Both the position numbers and the translations under genes were made by a program. The notes under the pieces were generated by a model. It was not told the origin of the DNA. It ran no database searches and worked only from the letters and a program-made list of their open reading frames with translations. Of a DNA stretch of 64,000 nt, positions 24,422-36,789 are shown piece by piece (the first letter of the stretch is position 1; each line of letters begins with the position of its first letter). Source of the stretch: Malacoraja senta (lineage: Eukaryota). Where the stretch lies: assembly GCA_038087875.1 (NCBI GenBank), contig CM075990.1, forward strand, positions 7,938,001-8,002,000. The letters are read 5' to 3'.

Positions 24422-27400
24422 AGGACGCCAAGCTTCTGCTCCGAGAAGCTATGTTCTGTCCTTTGGGGTTAAGTCCCCTCCCTCATCAACCAACTCATAT
24501 TGTCAAGACCTTCTCTAACCCTAAATATGGAAAGCACCAAGGGGAAGCTCACTCTCTGCTTTGTCAGTGACTGCTTCCAGAGGAGTTTATGCCCACTGTA
24601 CAGTCTGATTTTCAGGCAGCATCGTGAATGAACAGGGTGAATCTGGTTGGAGGCAGAGACAAATCTAAGGATGAATGCCATGTGCTTTAGATGTCAAGAC
24701 ACAGCTGATATTAATCATATGTTGAATTATTCCATACCCATGCAGGTATGCAAACAGCCCCAGTGTTGAGAATCTTTCCTGCAAGATCAAAATTCAGAGT
24801 TTAAAAAAAAACCGAAATGGCCTTGTGTTACTCAGCAATATTACATTGCGTCTTCACGGTCCAGCTTGTTATGGTTTAGTGTGGGTATGGAATAAATCCT
24901 GTACCACGCATGTTTATATGATTACTGAGACAAATGTCGACATTCTTGGTCTGGTAATCATTGCTCCTGAGCACAGTGCACGTGGTCGCTGGACAACTCA
25001 TTCATTTGACACCAGTAAACCATGCCACCCTCCAGAGCAGCTGCTTATTTTACTACAAGCTGAACTGATGGACTAATGTTCCATAAATAGAGTTACCTAA
25101 CACAGATATATAAGTATATGATAAGACTATTTGGTTTACTTCCCCTGATCCATTCAGCTTGCACTAAAATAAATGGCGCGAGTTAGGCAACCGACAGCTG
25201 AGATATAATTTCTTCGATGAGGGTATTTTTGTCTTAAAAAGTCTTCATCCCAAATTCTCTTGGACACCTTTTTGAATTGAGAAAACACACCAGCAGTGCT
25301 GAGGTCCCAACACGGATTTGGTTACTTGTAATTATCTCTGGGTTGAAGTCCACGGAAAACATGAGATCTGCCTATTTCAAGATAACTGAGTGTTGTTGTG
25401 AGGCTTCTTGATAAACTTCAGTACTCGATTGTTGTATTTGATTGCGACTAGTCTTTGATTTCATTTTGGGTGTTTCGGTGCTGTGGTCTGCTTTTTGAGC
25501 CCGTAACATTATGGAAAGCCATTGGGAGCACCGGGGAGTTTGAACACTGGAGTGAGACAGCGTCCATTTTCTTTGTCTTAACTTGGAAAATTATTGTCGA
25601 GACTTCTACGAAATACATTGAAATAGCTAATCAGGAGAAGAGAAAGCATCCAAGGCTTCCAAGACTCTCCATTTTAATGCATTAGTTTCTTGCTTTACTG
25701 AACATATTCTGAGTTTACCTGAGAGTAGGGCTGGATTTAAAAAAAAATCCTACCTCCAATCGATAATCATTTTTGAATTTGGAGCCATTTTCAGCATCTG
25801 TATGGGTAATTTCGGAAAGTAGAACACATGTACTGAACAGGAATAATAGTCATCAGCCTTTGCCTTCTCTCTGGCAACTCACTTCTATACTTGCTTGTAA
25901 CTAATGAGGAAAATCAGCCTGGTCTTTAATTTCTTCTTGGTATAGTAATGGTAAATGTAAGGAAGGAGGGTCCATGTTTTAAAGTCAAAGTAATTGTGTG
26001 GAATATGACCAACTGAGTCTCTCATCAAGCAACTACGTTGGAAATCTTTGCATTATACCTTTTCACTTTTCCACCTGCTCAGTGATATCTTAGAGTATGA
26101 GCAGAGTAGCAACAAGCCTGAAAATATGTTGGTGGATGTCATTTGGACTGCATCTCTATCCCATTGTGTTTCTGCAAAATTTGCAGACTGCTTTAGAAAT
26201 CATGGAATTGCAGCAGGACTAGGTAGTTATTTACTTGACCATACTAATGCCCCTTATGCTTTTAACTACAATGTGTTTTGGGAATGCTGCTTTAATATTA
26301 TTGGAAGGAGCTGGCTGCTCTGCATTAGTGATGCAGCTCTCTAGATCCAAGGTGCACCTTGTGTTTCTGTGTGGATGATTGGTATTATTTAAGTGTAGAA
26401 GACCAAATGGCTGAAGAATTAGGAAATTCTTTAGTGCCCTTGCTTTCATGTTAATTAACTGGGTTTTGCCCCACCCATGTCATTTTTAACCCCTAGATAT
26501 AATTAAGTTTCAATTTTATTTGCTGCTTTTAGTTAGACAGAGGTGTACGTGAGATTGATCCAGCCTTGCAGAACCAGTTTTGCCAATAATCTCCTGCAGC
26601 AAATTGTTTTGTGATTTATTGAGACTTTTCTATATTTTCCTAGATGGACTGTATTCGCTGATACTGAATAAGTCTTCAAAATGTGAAATCTATTGAGAGT
26701 TAGGAGGCACAAGTTTTAATCTCTGGAACCCAACTTCTTCGGGACTGGTATCTGCTGGTTGTATAATATGTTGTGAGGGATGGATTGCTGCAGCAAATGC
26801 CTTTGAGTTTAATGAGATTTGATTCTGCATTTTGCTGGATTGGTGTGCTTTCTGTCCTCCATGTTGATGCCGAAAGTGGTGTTTTATTTCCCACTCGTGC
26901 ATCTTTTCTTGACGAGCACTGGGAAATATGGTAGAGATTATTGACAATTCACCGCGTTGGGTCTGATCTGAGAGCCATTTAGTCACTAATTGCCCCCTAT
27001 GCTTTGACTTTGTCTGCTCCATCAGATCTTTGCTGTTTCAGCAATCTTCAATATCTGCTTGTTTGTCAGGCTGACCACAGGAAGCTAGCTGCTGGTCAGT
27101 AAAGTTATTTTCATTCAAGACAATAGAAACCATGCAGAGAATATATTTCAATAAAATCATTTTTTCTCCCGCTATCCCCATTGTTTCTAAGCTCTACTTT
27201 TTGATTATTCTTAAGTATTCAATGTCATTCCCTGCTGGTGTTAACATTGTTTGCTTTGATGATTGGGAGCTCTGATTACAATCCTATCCCTTTTCCCGTG
27301 GTTAAGTGCCCAGATTATCTTCATTGCTGCCTCTGCTGTCATCAGGCTGGACTAATGTTGTGAAGTTAAACGCCTTTGTTCAAGGTAAAATTTCATTTGT

Positions 27401-30400
27401 TGATGTATGTTGTTAGCTTATTCTTCCCACCAGTAGGGAGCTATTCTCATTTCTTTCTAATCTCATACACACTGCCACAGACAATAACCAAGCAATATCA
27501 ATTGTATTGGTAGATTATTGTATCCAGGAAGAGTATAGATGCTATTCCTTGCAGAATGTGGCTAAATTAGTCTTTACTTCAAGATGTACCATTCTGGCAA
27601 AGACACATATATCTCTCCAGAGGGTTTAACTCTTGCATTCTTTTGCTCAGTATGCTGCTTGATGACTGCTACGGAAGGAATATCTCCTATGAGCAACCTC
27701 CTTGGTGTTGGGTTTTCCGCACTACTGTTTGTGCCTGTTTCCCGAGAAATGTAAATCTATACTTTGTATTTTTAATTGTACAGTTGATTGAAGCCTTAGT
27801 GATTTCACCCTGACTAAATCTGGATGTGAACTCCATGGTGCCATTTTGAACACATGGGTGCAGGAGTTCTTGTGTAAAATATCAGTCACTGAGGCCAGGA
27901 CAAGTTTAATGGGGAATTAATTAAGTGTATTTTTCCAGCTGGGTTGCATTCTCTGATGGTGGTAAGTCTTCATTCATAATGTGAACTCTATTGAGAATTA
28001 AGATTTTTACCAGGTCTGTCGAAGCAGTTCCTGATTTCATTTAGTGTTTGGAAACTGGTTTTCCTAGAACTGATGATGTGTGTTAGATCAAGGTATGAAA
28101 CATATACTTTCTCAAATCCTGTCACAGGATTAGATGAGATTACAGGCCGTAATTATAGACAATCCAATGAGCATTCACCAAGTTTAGGAACATTTGAAAC
28201 AAGATTCCGTGAATTTAAAGTTTCCATTCTTTTTAAAGCTTGTTGCTGCAAGTTCAATAGACTGCTCAGTTTCCCATGTGGCTATAGAAAGCTGCCACAG
28301 TATGAGCATCGACCCTCAGTTCTTAATGGCCTGTTTTTTTTTAACTCTATGAATGATCTTACCATTTGCAATCAAGTCCAGATTTGAGATTTTAAAGCCA
28401 TGTTTTATATTTGTGAAGGTAAAGCTACTTAATATTTTTAATCAGGCGAGATTTGTTTAATTCGAGACTGCAATGCAACTTTTATCCATTCTAGTGGGGC
28501 TTGATTTTAGAAAACTCTTTGGGGTCTGGATATGGTGATGACCCAGCTCCCTGTCACTCATTTACGTAAGATTTCTATGGTTCAAATTTGAGAAGATTAC
28601 AGTTCTGATCATGGGATTCACCTTGCCCGAGGCCCGTGAAGTGGGATTGGAACAGCATGAAGGATCCAAATATATCCAAGTGTCCCACAGGTCTGCAGCA
28701 CCAAGTGTGAATCTGCTCCCATTCTTGATACATTACATTACTGCTAGACTTCTATAACTGAATATGGGGAAGACATTTGATAATATTTTAATCAACTTAG
28801 GTCCGCATGTGCAGCTACACATCCATATCATGCCACAAAAATCAATTCATTTTGAAAAGGATAGGAATGTTTGTGTTATCATGAACACTGGATAATTAGT
28901 TTTTAAATAGTCTGACCAGAGTGGGTACATTTGACTGGATATTTCCATTCTTTCTTCCCCTGTGTTGACATCTCTATCCTTTATGAAATGAACGAGTGGA
29001 GCAATTGAACTCCCATTACGGAGCTCTGTTGCATCCTGTTTGGCAGTGTATACTTCAAGCAATAACTCCCTTCCAGGGACAAGCTATCCATGCTTCACTG
29101 CTTGGGGAAGGTGAAATTGGGTGTGGCTATGCTTAAAGTAGAGCATTACTTGAATCACGACTGAAATTGTACACGGCACAAGCTTCGATCAATATTTGCT
29201 GTTGGTAGAGTTATATTAAAGCTTTTAATTCTATTGCCAGTCCTGCCAGGTGGTTGGGCACATTATCCCTTCACTTTAATTGCAACTGTGATCTGTGTTG
29301 ATTAGAATACGCTACATTGGATTTCTGGATTAAATTAGTTGAATATTTATCAGAGCATAAACAACATCTATGATGTTTCAGTAATTTGTTTAAAATGCTT
29401 TGAAACCATGCTGAACTGGATGATGGGACCTGGGGAACGCCAGATTATTTTACGCAGAAGGAAAAGTTTAATTAGGTTTATGTATTGTATGTTGTGTTTA
29501 AGGATGGAGAGTGTTGCAAAGGTTTTGTTAGTCCGCGGCTTTGTTTACGCTTTAACTTTCTCTTGCTCTTCTGCGACTTTGCAGACAATTTGACAAAAAT
29601 GTGAAACTTGTTGTGTTGGAATTAATGAGCGCAATTGGAGGACCACCCTTCATAATTTGGAAGCAGAAAACCAAGTGGCCTGGTCAGCTCTCTCCTTTAC
29701 CTTTTACACCTTATATTAGCTTTCCTTCCCCATTGCTGCAAGGTTTAGATTTTTTTAAGTAGGCTGCCCTTACAGTGAGAGATTATATTTGCCATGCATT
29801 TGTGTATTAACGGGGCTTTATGAACATCAATGCCTTAATAGGTTGGCTTTGGTTATTTATGTAAATTAGGAATATATTAAATATAAAATAAACCAAAGTG
29901 GAAAGTTTGAGTTATCAGATCTGTCCAGAGATAAGGAATGGCAAGTTGTAGTTTTCATTGTAAAATATTTTGGTTTCCATTGGTAAAACCCAAGAGAAAG
30001 TTTAACTGAAAGGTATTGGCAGGTTTGTGGTGAATGTTTTGCTTTCGAAAACCATCTTCACATCCACCAATTTGGACGTGGGGAACCTTTCATGGTTCCC
30101 CTTGTTTGCTTCCATCCAGACTGTGTGGAGGGAAAGGAACTGAAATATCCTTTCCACATTTTTTTCAGATGACAACATCCATTTATATCCTGTTCATGAA
30201 TATGCAGATTGTAACAACCCCATTTTCAATTACTTAAAAAAAAACTCTTTTGAGAATAACATTTGTGTCTCACATTCTTTACAGTGTAAAATTTAAAGAT
30301 CTAGTTAAGAAAACTATTGAGTATGCACTCAACTTAGTGCAAATTTATTGTATATACCCAACAAGTTTCATTAGTCCAAAGGCATTTGAAATGTCTATAT

Positions 30401-31970
30401 GCCTTCACCAAAGGACCATCCTGGGTGCTTTTACACTTGAGCTCTGGTCTTTATTGATCATGTTTCCATCAGATGTGGTAGGTTCTTCCTCGCCAGTCAG
30501 CAATTCTGAGAATTTGAATGAAGCCATTTAATTGGAGTTTATCAATTGGAGTGTTCAATAAGCATTCTAGTGTGGATTTTGGTAACAGATGGTTACTAAA
30601 ATCAATTGGTAACTGAGAAAGTGCCAAAAAAATGTTTCCATTAACCACATATCCTATAAATCACATCAGAAAATTTAATATACAAACAGCTCATAAACTG
30701 TGTGCAAAAATTCCATTCATCGAATATTCTTTACAGCTATCAAGCTTAGTTGGGGTATTTAATATTGTTACTCCAGGTAAAGGCATCCCTGAAATCAAGA
30801 TGGCCATACAGATACTGCCCACCTCTTCCAACTCAAGTTGATCATCTACTCATCTTTCTCCATAAATTTTTCATTGCTAACCTGTTGTGCGTTCATGTCC
30901 ACTTCAAGGCTGGCTCTGCAGAGGCAGAGTTGCTTTGCTTGCATGAATCCCACTTGGGTTGTCAATATGCGCACAGTGTGAGAATGCTGAACATTGCATG
31001 AGGTTTCTTGGTTCAGGCGGTGGGTATTTGGCGTTCTGTTGTGATGGTGCATGTTACTCCACCTGTAGCAGCTCTGGGGAGGAGGTGCATCCCAGGAAGA
31101 AAATTTGGATCTTCTGAAGTTTAGCTGCTCCAACATGAATAGACAGCATAATTTTCATATTCTCACCTAAATTGTTATCTCAGTCAAGTAATAATATTTT
31201 AAAGCCTTCATGTTCTGATGGGAGTGGTGCTTCAAACTTGGAAGAACTCGTCTCTCATGATTTTGACCCTGCATATACCTGATTCTCTGATAGGTTGGAA
31301 TGGAAGAAATGGCAAACCTTGGACTGCAAGGCTTTCCGGTTGTTGTGTAGACTTCCAATGGAACTTAAGCAGCAAATTTCTAACTTGACGAATTGTGTGG
31401 GCTTCCAAAGGTGAATTCATAAGGATTTAAGAAGTGTTTCTCCAATGCATTAAACTGTCTCATTCAGAAGCAATCCCAGTTTTAGTTACGATTTGTAGAT
31501 AAGAGATATGGCTACGTTATTTTAGAAGAAGGTTACCTCTCGTGCAGTCCTCACTTTCCTCCACGTTTCACTCTCAGCACTCGCTGTGCACTCCGTCAAT
31601 TGCTTGTGGCTTCCCCACAGGTGAAACCCATGTCTCCATTTGCAATTGTTTTCATTCCATTCCGTTGTAGCAATCACATGACTGCAAAGGGTACATGAGG
31701 GCCTGAAGAGAATGGATTTAAAATAAAATTTAAATGACTTTCTTTGTGTAAATAGTTGTGTAAATATTGGCAATTGGAAATTTAGAATGGTAGAAATACT
31801 TTTCAGATTCCGATCCTATTTTTATTTTATACATATTTCTCAGTTTCAATCTTTCAGAGTAAAAGCCAAATGGCAGGAAATAGAGTTTGTACCAGTTTCT
31901 GAAGTATGTCTTTGGTTACCTGTAAATAATTTTAACTCGAATAAAAGTTGCTACTTTCAGTACAGTTGGT
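24422..31970 (+). other. WAPL: Putative long WAPL 3' UTR (end point inferred)
   Basis: Follows the stop codon. AT-rich with no recognisable interspersed repeats for ~7.5 kb. AATAAA at 24891, 25168, 27150, 29887, 31722 and 31940. Confidence 0.6.
31940..31945 (+). terminator. Candidate distal polyadenylation signal of WAPL
   Basis: AATAAA preceded by TGTA-containing elements (31747, 31759, 31921) and followed by GT/T-rich sequence; repeat density rises shortly downstream. Confidence 0.55.
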
Positions 31971-32545
31971 TCTGTAAGTCGTTTCCTTGCATTTGTGCCC
32001 AGTTAATCGTGCACCCTTTAAATATGTTGATGTACCTGTTGAATATAAAGCCCTGATCACAGCAGCTTCATTCAGGAATACAATACACAGTTATATCTAG
32101 GGTGTAAATGCTGCCTATCATCAGCAAACCACATGCATCCAAGTGGATGTTCCATCAACTTCCTTCCAATATCCCCATCGTCAATGAACCCAGTCTTGCC
32201 AATTTGCTTCACCACATATTTTATCAAGAAACGGCAAAGAGTAATGGATTCCGCAAAGGCTCTGGAATCGGATACCATTTTGGCACTCGGTTCTGAAGAG
32301 TTTCTACAAACCACCTATACCTCTGAGCCATCCAGTGCAGCAAAACTCACCCCTGCCTAAAGCTACCTCAGTATTTTCTTCACAAATCCACTCACACTAG
32401 TTACCACCTCATCAATCTAGAAGTCATCATCAGCAAAGTGTTGGAAGTTTTCAGCAACAGTGCTGTAAAGTATCACTGATAACATCCTCACCAGTGGGTT
32501 TGGAGTTATCCAAGGCCATTTGGTTCCATACCTCCATGAAGTCTT

Positions 32546-32736
32546 TAAGAAGGAACTGCAGATGCTGGAAAATCGAAGGTACACAAAAATGCTGGAGAAA
32601 CTCAGCGGGTGCAGCAGCATCTATGAAGCGAAGGAAATAGGCAACGTCTGAAGAAGGGTTTAGGCCCGAAACGTTGCCTATTTCCTTTGCTCCATAGGTG
32701 CTACTGCACCCGCTGAATTTCTCCAGCATTTTTGTG
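32546..32736. mobile_element. Penelope-derived fold-back element
   Basis: Inverted arms centred at ~32646; perfect 17-bp direct repeat tacctccatgaagtctt at 32529-32545 and 32737-32753. Confidence 0.85.
32646..32678 (+). ncRNA. Minimal hammerhead ribozyme motif
   Basis: gtCTGAAGAaGGGT-TTAG-GCCC-GAAACGTTgcc. Confidence 0.68.
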
Positions 32737-33542
32737 TACCTCCATGAAGTCTTGATACAAACAGGCAAAAGAGCTAAATTCTGGATAGGTGAATGACTAT
32801 CCTTAATATCAGGTAACATCTGTCTAATGTGGTGAATGTAAAACTGATCTTGGTGAGAATTGAGGGGGTGCTTTGCATTGACGGGTCATGACACGTAACG
32901 ATTCTCATGTTTGGAGCTCCACCATCTCTGAGTCACTCTGCATGGAAACGGGCCTGAGTCAGCCATGCCAATCTCAACCCCATTGCAGGAGCTCCAAAGC
33001 GCAGTTGCCTGAACCTAACTGAGCTGCAGCAGCTGCACCATGTCTCCAACCAAAGGCAAGACTTTTGCTGATCACAGTTCCTCAGCAACTAGAGCAGCCC
33101 ACACATCTCTGCAGGAAGATCATATTCAGACTGGTAAGTGAAAAGTTAATGCTAGATGATGACTAAATCCATATGGAGTTTTCAGCCTTCAACATCCTGA
33201 ATATCCCCAGGTCATGCATAACTCTCTCCCTGAACATATAAGCTATCCAGATTGCATAATCAAAAGATGATGGTATATTGTCCATTTGCCCGAGTGCATA
33301 CATCTCTATTAATACAAGAACCGTGACACCAACCAACACCAAGTAGCTGCTACATTTTTGCCCTGTAATTTAATTTGTGGTTGTGTGTGCAGGCAATAGG
33401 TAGGGCCAGTTTCTGCTGCATCTACATGGTGATGAATACGCTCAATCCATTGTGCTCAAACCAGTCCTGTGCACAACGGATTCAAGAAAAAAAATCTTTA
33501 TCTGAAAAAATCCCAAATAATATGATTGGAAACAGCAAATCA

Positions 33543-33573
<31 letters not shown>
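33543..33573 (+). repeat. G31 homopolymer
   Basis: Direct count. Confidence 0.9.
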
Positions 33574-33574
<1 letters not shown>

Positions 33575-33656
33575 ACCTGTAACCAAGAGTTTACAACAAA
33601 AAAATTATTGTTTTTCTCCTCACACTGCAGAGTTATTTGAGTATTTTCTTATTGTT

Positions 33657-33807
33657 CAAGAAGGAACTGCAGATGCTGGAAAATAGAAGCTAGACAAGAC
33701 AAGTCTTCAGTCTGAAGAAGGGTTTCGGCCCGAAACGTTGCCTATTTCCTTTGCTCCATAGATGCTGCCGCACCCGCTGAGTTTCTCCAGCATTTTTGTC
33801 TACCTGA
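33657..33807. mobile_element. Penelope-derived fold-back element with intact hammerhead motif (33710-33742)
   Basis: TSD tattttcttattgtt (33642-33656) / tatgttcttattgtt (33808-33822); gtCTGAAGAaGGGT-TTCG-GCCC-GAAACGTTgcc. Confidence 0.8.
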
Positions 33808-33909
33808 TATGTTCTTATTGTTTGATCAATGAGAGCCTCTGACAACCCTCATGACATCATTATCTTGCACTGCCCCAAACTGGTCAATCTAAAGGTACGA
33901 GAAGCAACA

Positions 33910-34245
33910 AGATTAGTTCATACGTTCTAGGATCAGAACGAGGCCATTTGGCCCATAAAGTCTACTCCACCATTCAATCATGGATGATCTATTTTTCCCC
34001 CTCGGCCCCATTCTCCTGCCTTCGCCTCATAACCCCTGCCACCCGTACCAATCAAGACTCTGTGAAACTCCGCCGTAAAAATATCCATTGACTTGGCTTC
34101 CACAGCCGTCTGTGGCAATGAATTCCAGATTCAATGCCCTCTGATGAAAATTCCTCCATCTCCTTTATAAAGGTACGTCATTTTATTCTGAGACTCTGGC
34201 CTCTGATTCTAGACTCTCCCACTCGTGGAAACATCCTCTCCACAG
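33910..34245 (-). mobile_element. CR1 LINE 3' fragment
   Basis: aggccatttggcccat...attcaatcatgg...ctagactctcccactcgtggaaacatcctctccaca, reverse complement of the CR1 3' end at 15040-15350. Confidence 0.75.
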
Positions 34246-34517
34246 CATTGAAGGCTGGGAGGAGATAGGATGTGAATAAATAGATATTTTATAGGGAGCC
34301 GATGGGCTGGTTCCTGTACTTTGCAACCTACATGCTTCTAGGAAATTAAGTAAATATTTTACTCCAACTTGTTTAATAAGAACATAATCCTTTGTTCGGC
34401 CTTCTAACCCCTGGATCCGTGCACTAAATATATTGTATTGGTATAATTTTAAACTTCTGCCAGCTGATTTTGAGGTGTTCCAGGTAGTCACCGAAGTTTG
34501 GTTGTCCATCTCTGAAA

Positions 34518-35159
34518 AGGGGGGTTGCACGTAAGGTCATCGGGTCAAAGGGCGTGACGCACGGAGCAGCTCAATCCATGTGGAGGACATGGCAGCTTCC
34601 GGCACACACTGTTAACACACGGGACGCGTACCTTTTTACCTGTTAAAAACCGGTAAAATTGTCATTTTATGTGCTATAAATACTTGTGGGTGCTGTCATT
34701 GAAAGCGGGAAGGTTTGCTCTGAACCCGAGCACCAAGGTGTAAGCGGCCGAAGGAGCGCATCCCTCGGGACAGCCCCCACTCTCCCCCCCCCCCGGGTCA
34801 GCGCTGTCCGGCCACGGCTGCCCTCCGCCCCGTCTCCCTCTGTGGGCCGCACTGTCACGGGGCTGTGGGTCGGCAGCGCCCACACACGGGGCCTGGTGAA
34901 GCGGGTCCAGGCAATGTCAGCTGCAGCAGAGTTGGGGACGGTCTGCTCCCTCCACCCAGCGGCACCCCGACCTCTTCCTCCCTCCCCCACCCCTGGCCGC
35001 GAGTGTGCAACCTGTCCAGATGCTGGGCCAGAAGAAGGGCCAGCTGTGTTGGCAGCCATAGTAAATGTTTACCTGCAGTTCACCACGTGTACTCCAGTTG
35101 CCGTTGCCTGGCAACAGTACGGGTCACAGGTCGTGACCTCGACTCCGTGCAACCTCCCT
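34518..35159. mobile_element. GC-rich non-autonomous TIR element, family unassigned
   Basis: Imperfect terminal inverted repeats aggggggttgcacg / cgtgcaacctccct bracket a CpG-rich block; TSD not clear. Confidence 0.5.
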
Positions 35160-36789
35160 ATAAAGAGATCGTTTCTTTCTACCCTCAGTCTGTTCCGGGG
35201 TGTGGTGTCATTATTCTATGTCACGCCAGAATCTAGCTCCAACGGCAAGAAACTAAGCTGTTAAAATTAACACCCAATTCTTGATCTGATAATCTAGTTC
35301 CAATGGTTTGATGCGTTTTGATTATGTGCATTTGTTGAGAGTTTTCTCCCTTCCTCTCCAAATGTTGAACCCGTTATAATTGTGTTTAGTTTCAGGGCAG
35401 CTCCCTCGGCTGTGTGTCGGTATCGTTTCCTGCATTGTGTGGGGACGGCAGAGAGAGAGAGAGAGAGCCCTAACGCCCATAATGAGTGTGGACTGCAGCT
35501 GTGAGCTTATCTTTCAAGGCTAGTCCTTACGTGGAGGCACAAGAGGCTGCTGGAGATGGAATATGAAGTTAAAAAACGAAGTACTGGAGGAACTCAGCGG
35601 GTTAGGTCAAACAACATATGTGGAGCAAAATGCACAGATGATGTTTTGAGCCGGGACCCTTCAGGCAGAGAATTTAGTACCAACAATGTTCAATTTCTTG
35701 TTTTAATACAAAGCACTGGCCTGAGACGTCCTCTATCGATTTTCCTCAACAGATGCTGCCTGACCCGCTGAGATTCTCCAGCACCGTGTCCGGGTCTTAC
35801 ATTGTCTGTTTTAATACAAGAAGGACCTAGCCTGAAATGCCGCCTGTCCATCTCCCTGCACAGATGCTGCCTGACCCGCTGAGATCCATCAGCACTGTGT
35901 TTTTCACTTGCCTGCTGGGTCTGCGGGAAGCAGGAATAAATCCACAGGGAACAAGTCAGGAGACACAAGGCACTGCAGATGCGAGGAGCAAGAAAAAAAC
36001 ACAGTGTTGGAGCAATTCAGGAGTACGCCCAGCATGTTCTGCCTGTAGTTATAGAGCAGAGAAAAATAGGTGCAGGAGCAGGCCATTCGGCCCTTCGAGC
36101 CAGCACCGCCATTCAATATGATCATAGCTGATCGTCTAAAATCAGTAACCCGTTCCTGCTTTCTCCCCATATCCCTTGATTCTTTTAGCCCTCAGAGCTA
36201 AATCTAACTATCTTGAAAGTATCCAGTGAATTGGCCTCCACAGACGCCTGTGGCAGAGAATTCCACAGATTCACGATTCTCTAGGTGAAGTTTTTCCCCA
36301 TCGTGGTTTCTGCAGACTAGGAAGGATTTAGAGGTTGGTCCTAAGTCACAGATGACCAAAGCTGCTGCCCAGCCCCACCCCCCACCCCCAAGCCCTCACT
36401 CTCTGGGTTATTGCTGACCAAGCAAATTGGCGGCTGATTTCAAAAAGTGGACCGTCAATGGTTCATGTCAGGACCCTTCTATTGAACAAGAAATTGGATG
36501 ATTTTTACGACCAAATTCTCCGTCTTAAGAAGGGACCCGCCGCAAAATATTGTCTGCGGAAATAAGGAACTGCAGATACTGGTTTATTTAAAAAAGTGTT
36601 TGAGTAACTCAGCAGGTCAGGAAGTATCTCTTGAGGGCATGGATAAGCAGTGTTTCAGGTCGCAACCCTTCGTCAGTCTGACCATTTCCCTCCACAGATG
36701 CCGCCTGACCTGCTGAGTTCCTCAAGCACTTAAAAAAAAAAAAATCCAGATTCCAGCATTCTCCGTCGCTTGTGTCTCCATGTTACTGT

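Noticed and set aside
32072..32314. Minus-strand ORF containing CMWFADD (RT-like motif)
   Set aside because: Only a short motif match with no flanking RT blocks recognised; may be a very old LINE relic but is not supportable by eye.
34667..35264. 192-aa and 130-aa overlapping ORFs
   Set aside because: GC-rich interior of a putative TIR element, low-complexity translation, no splice or domain support.
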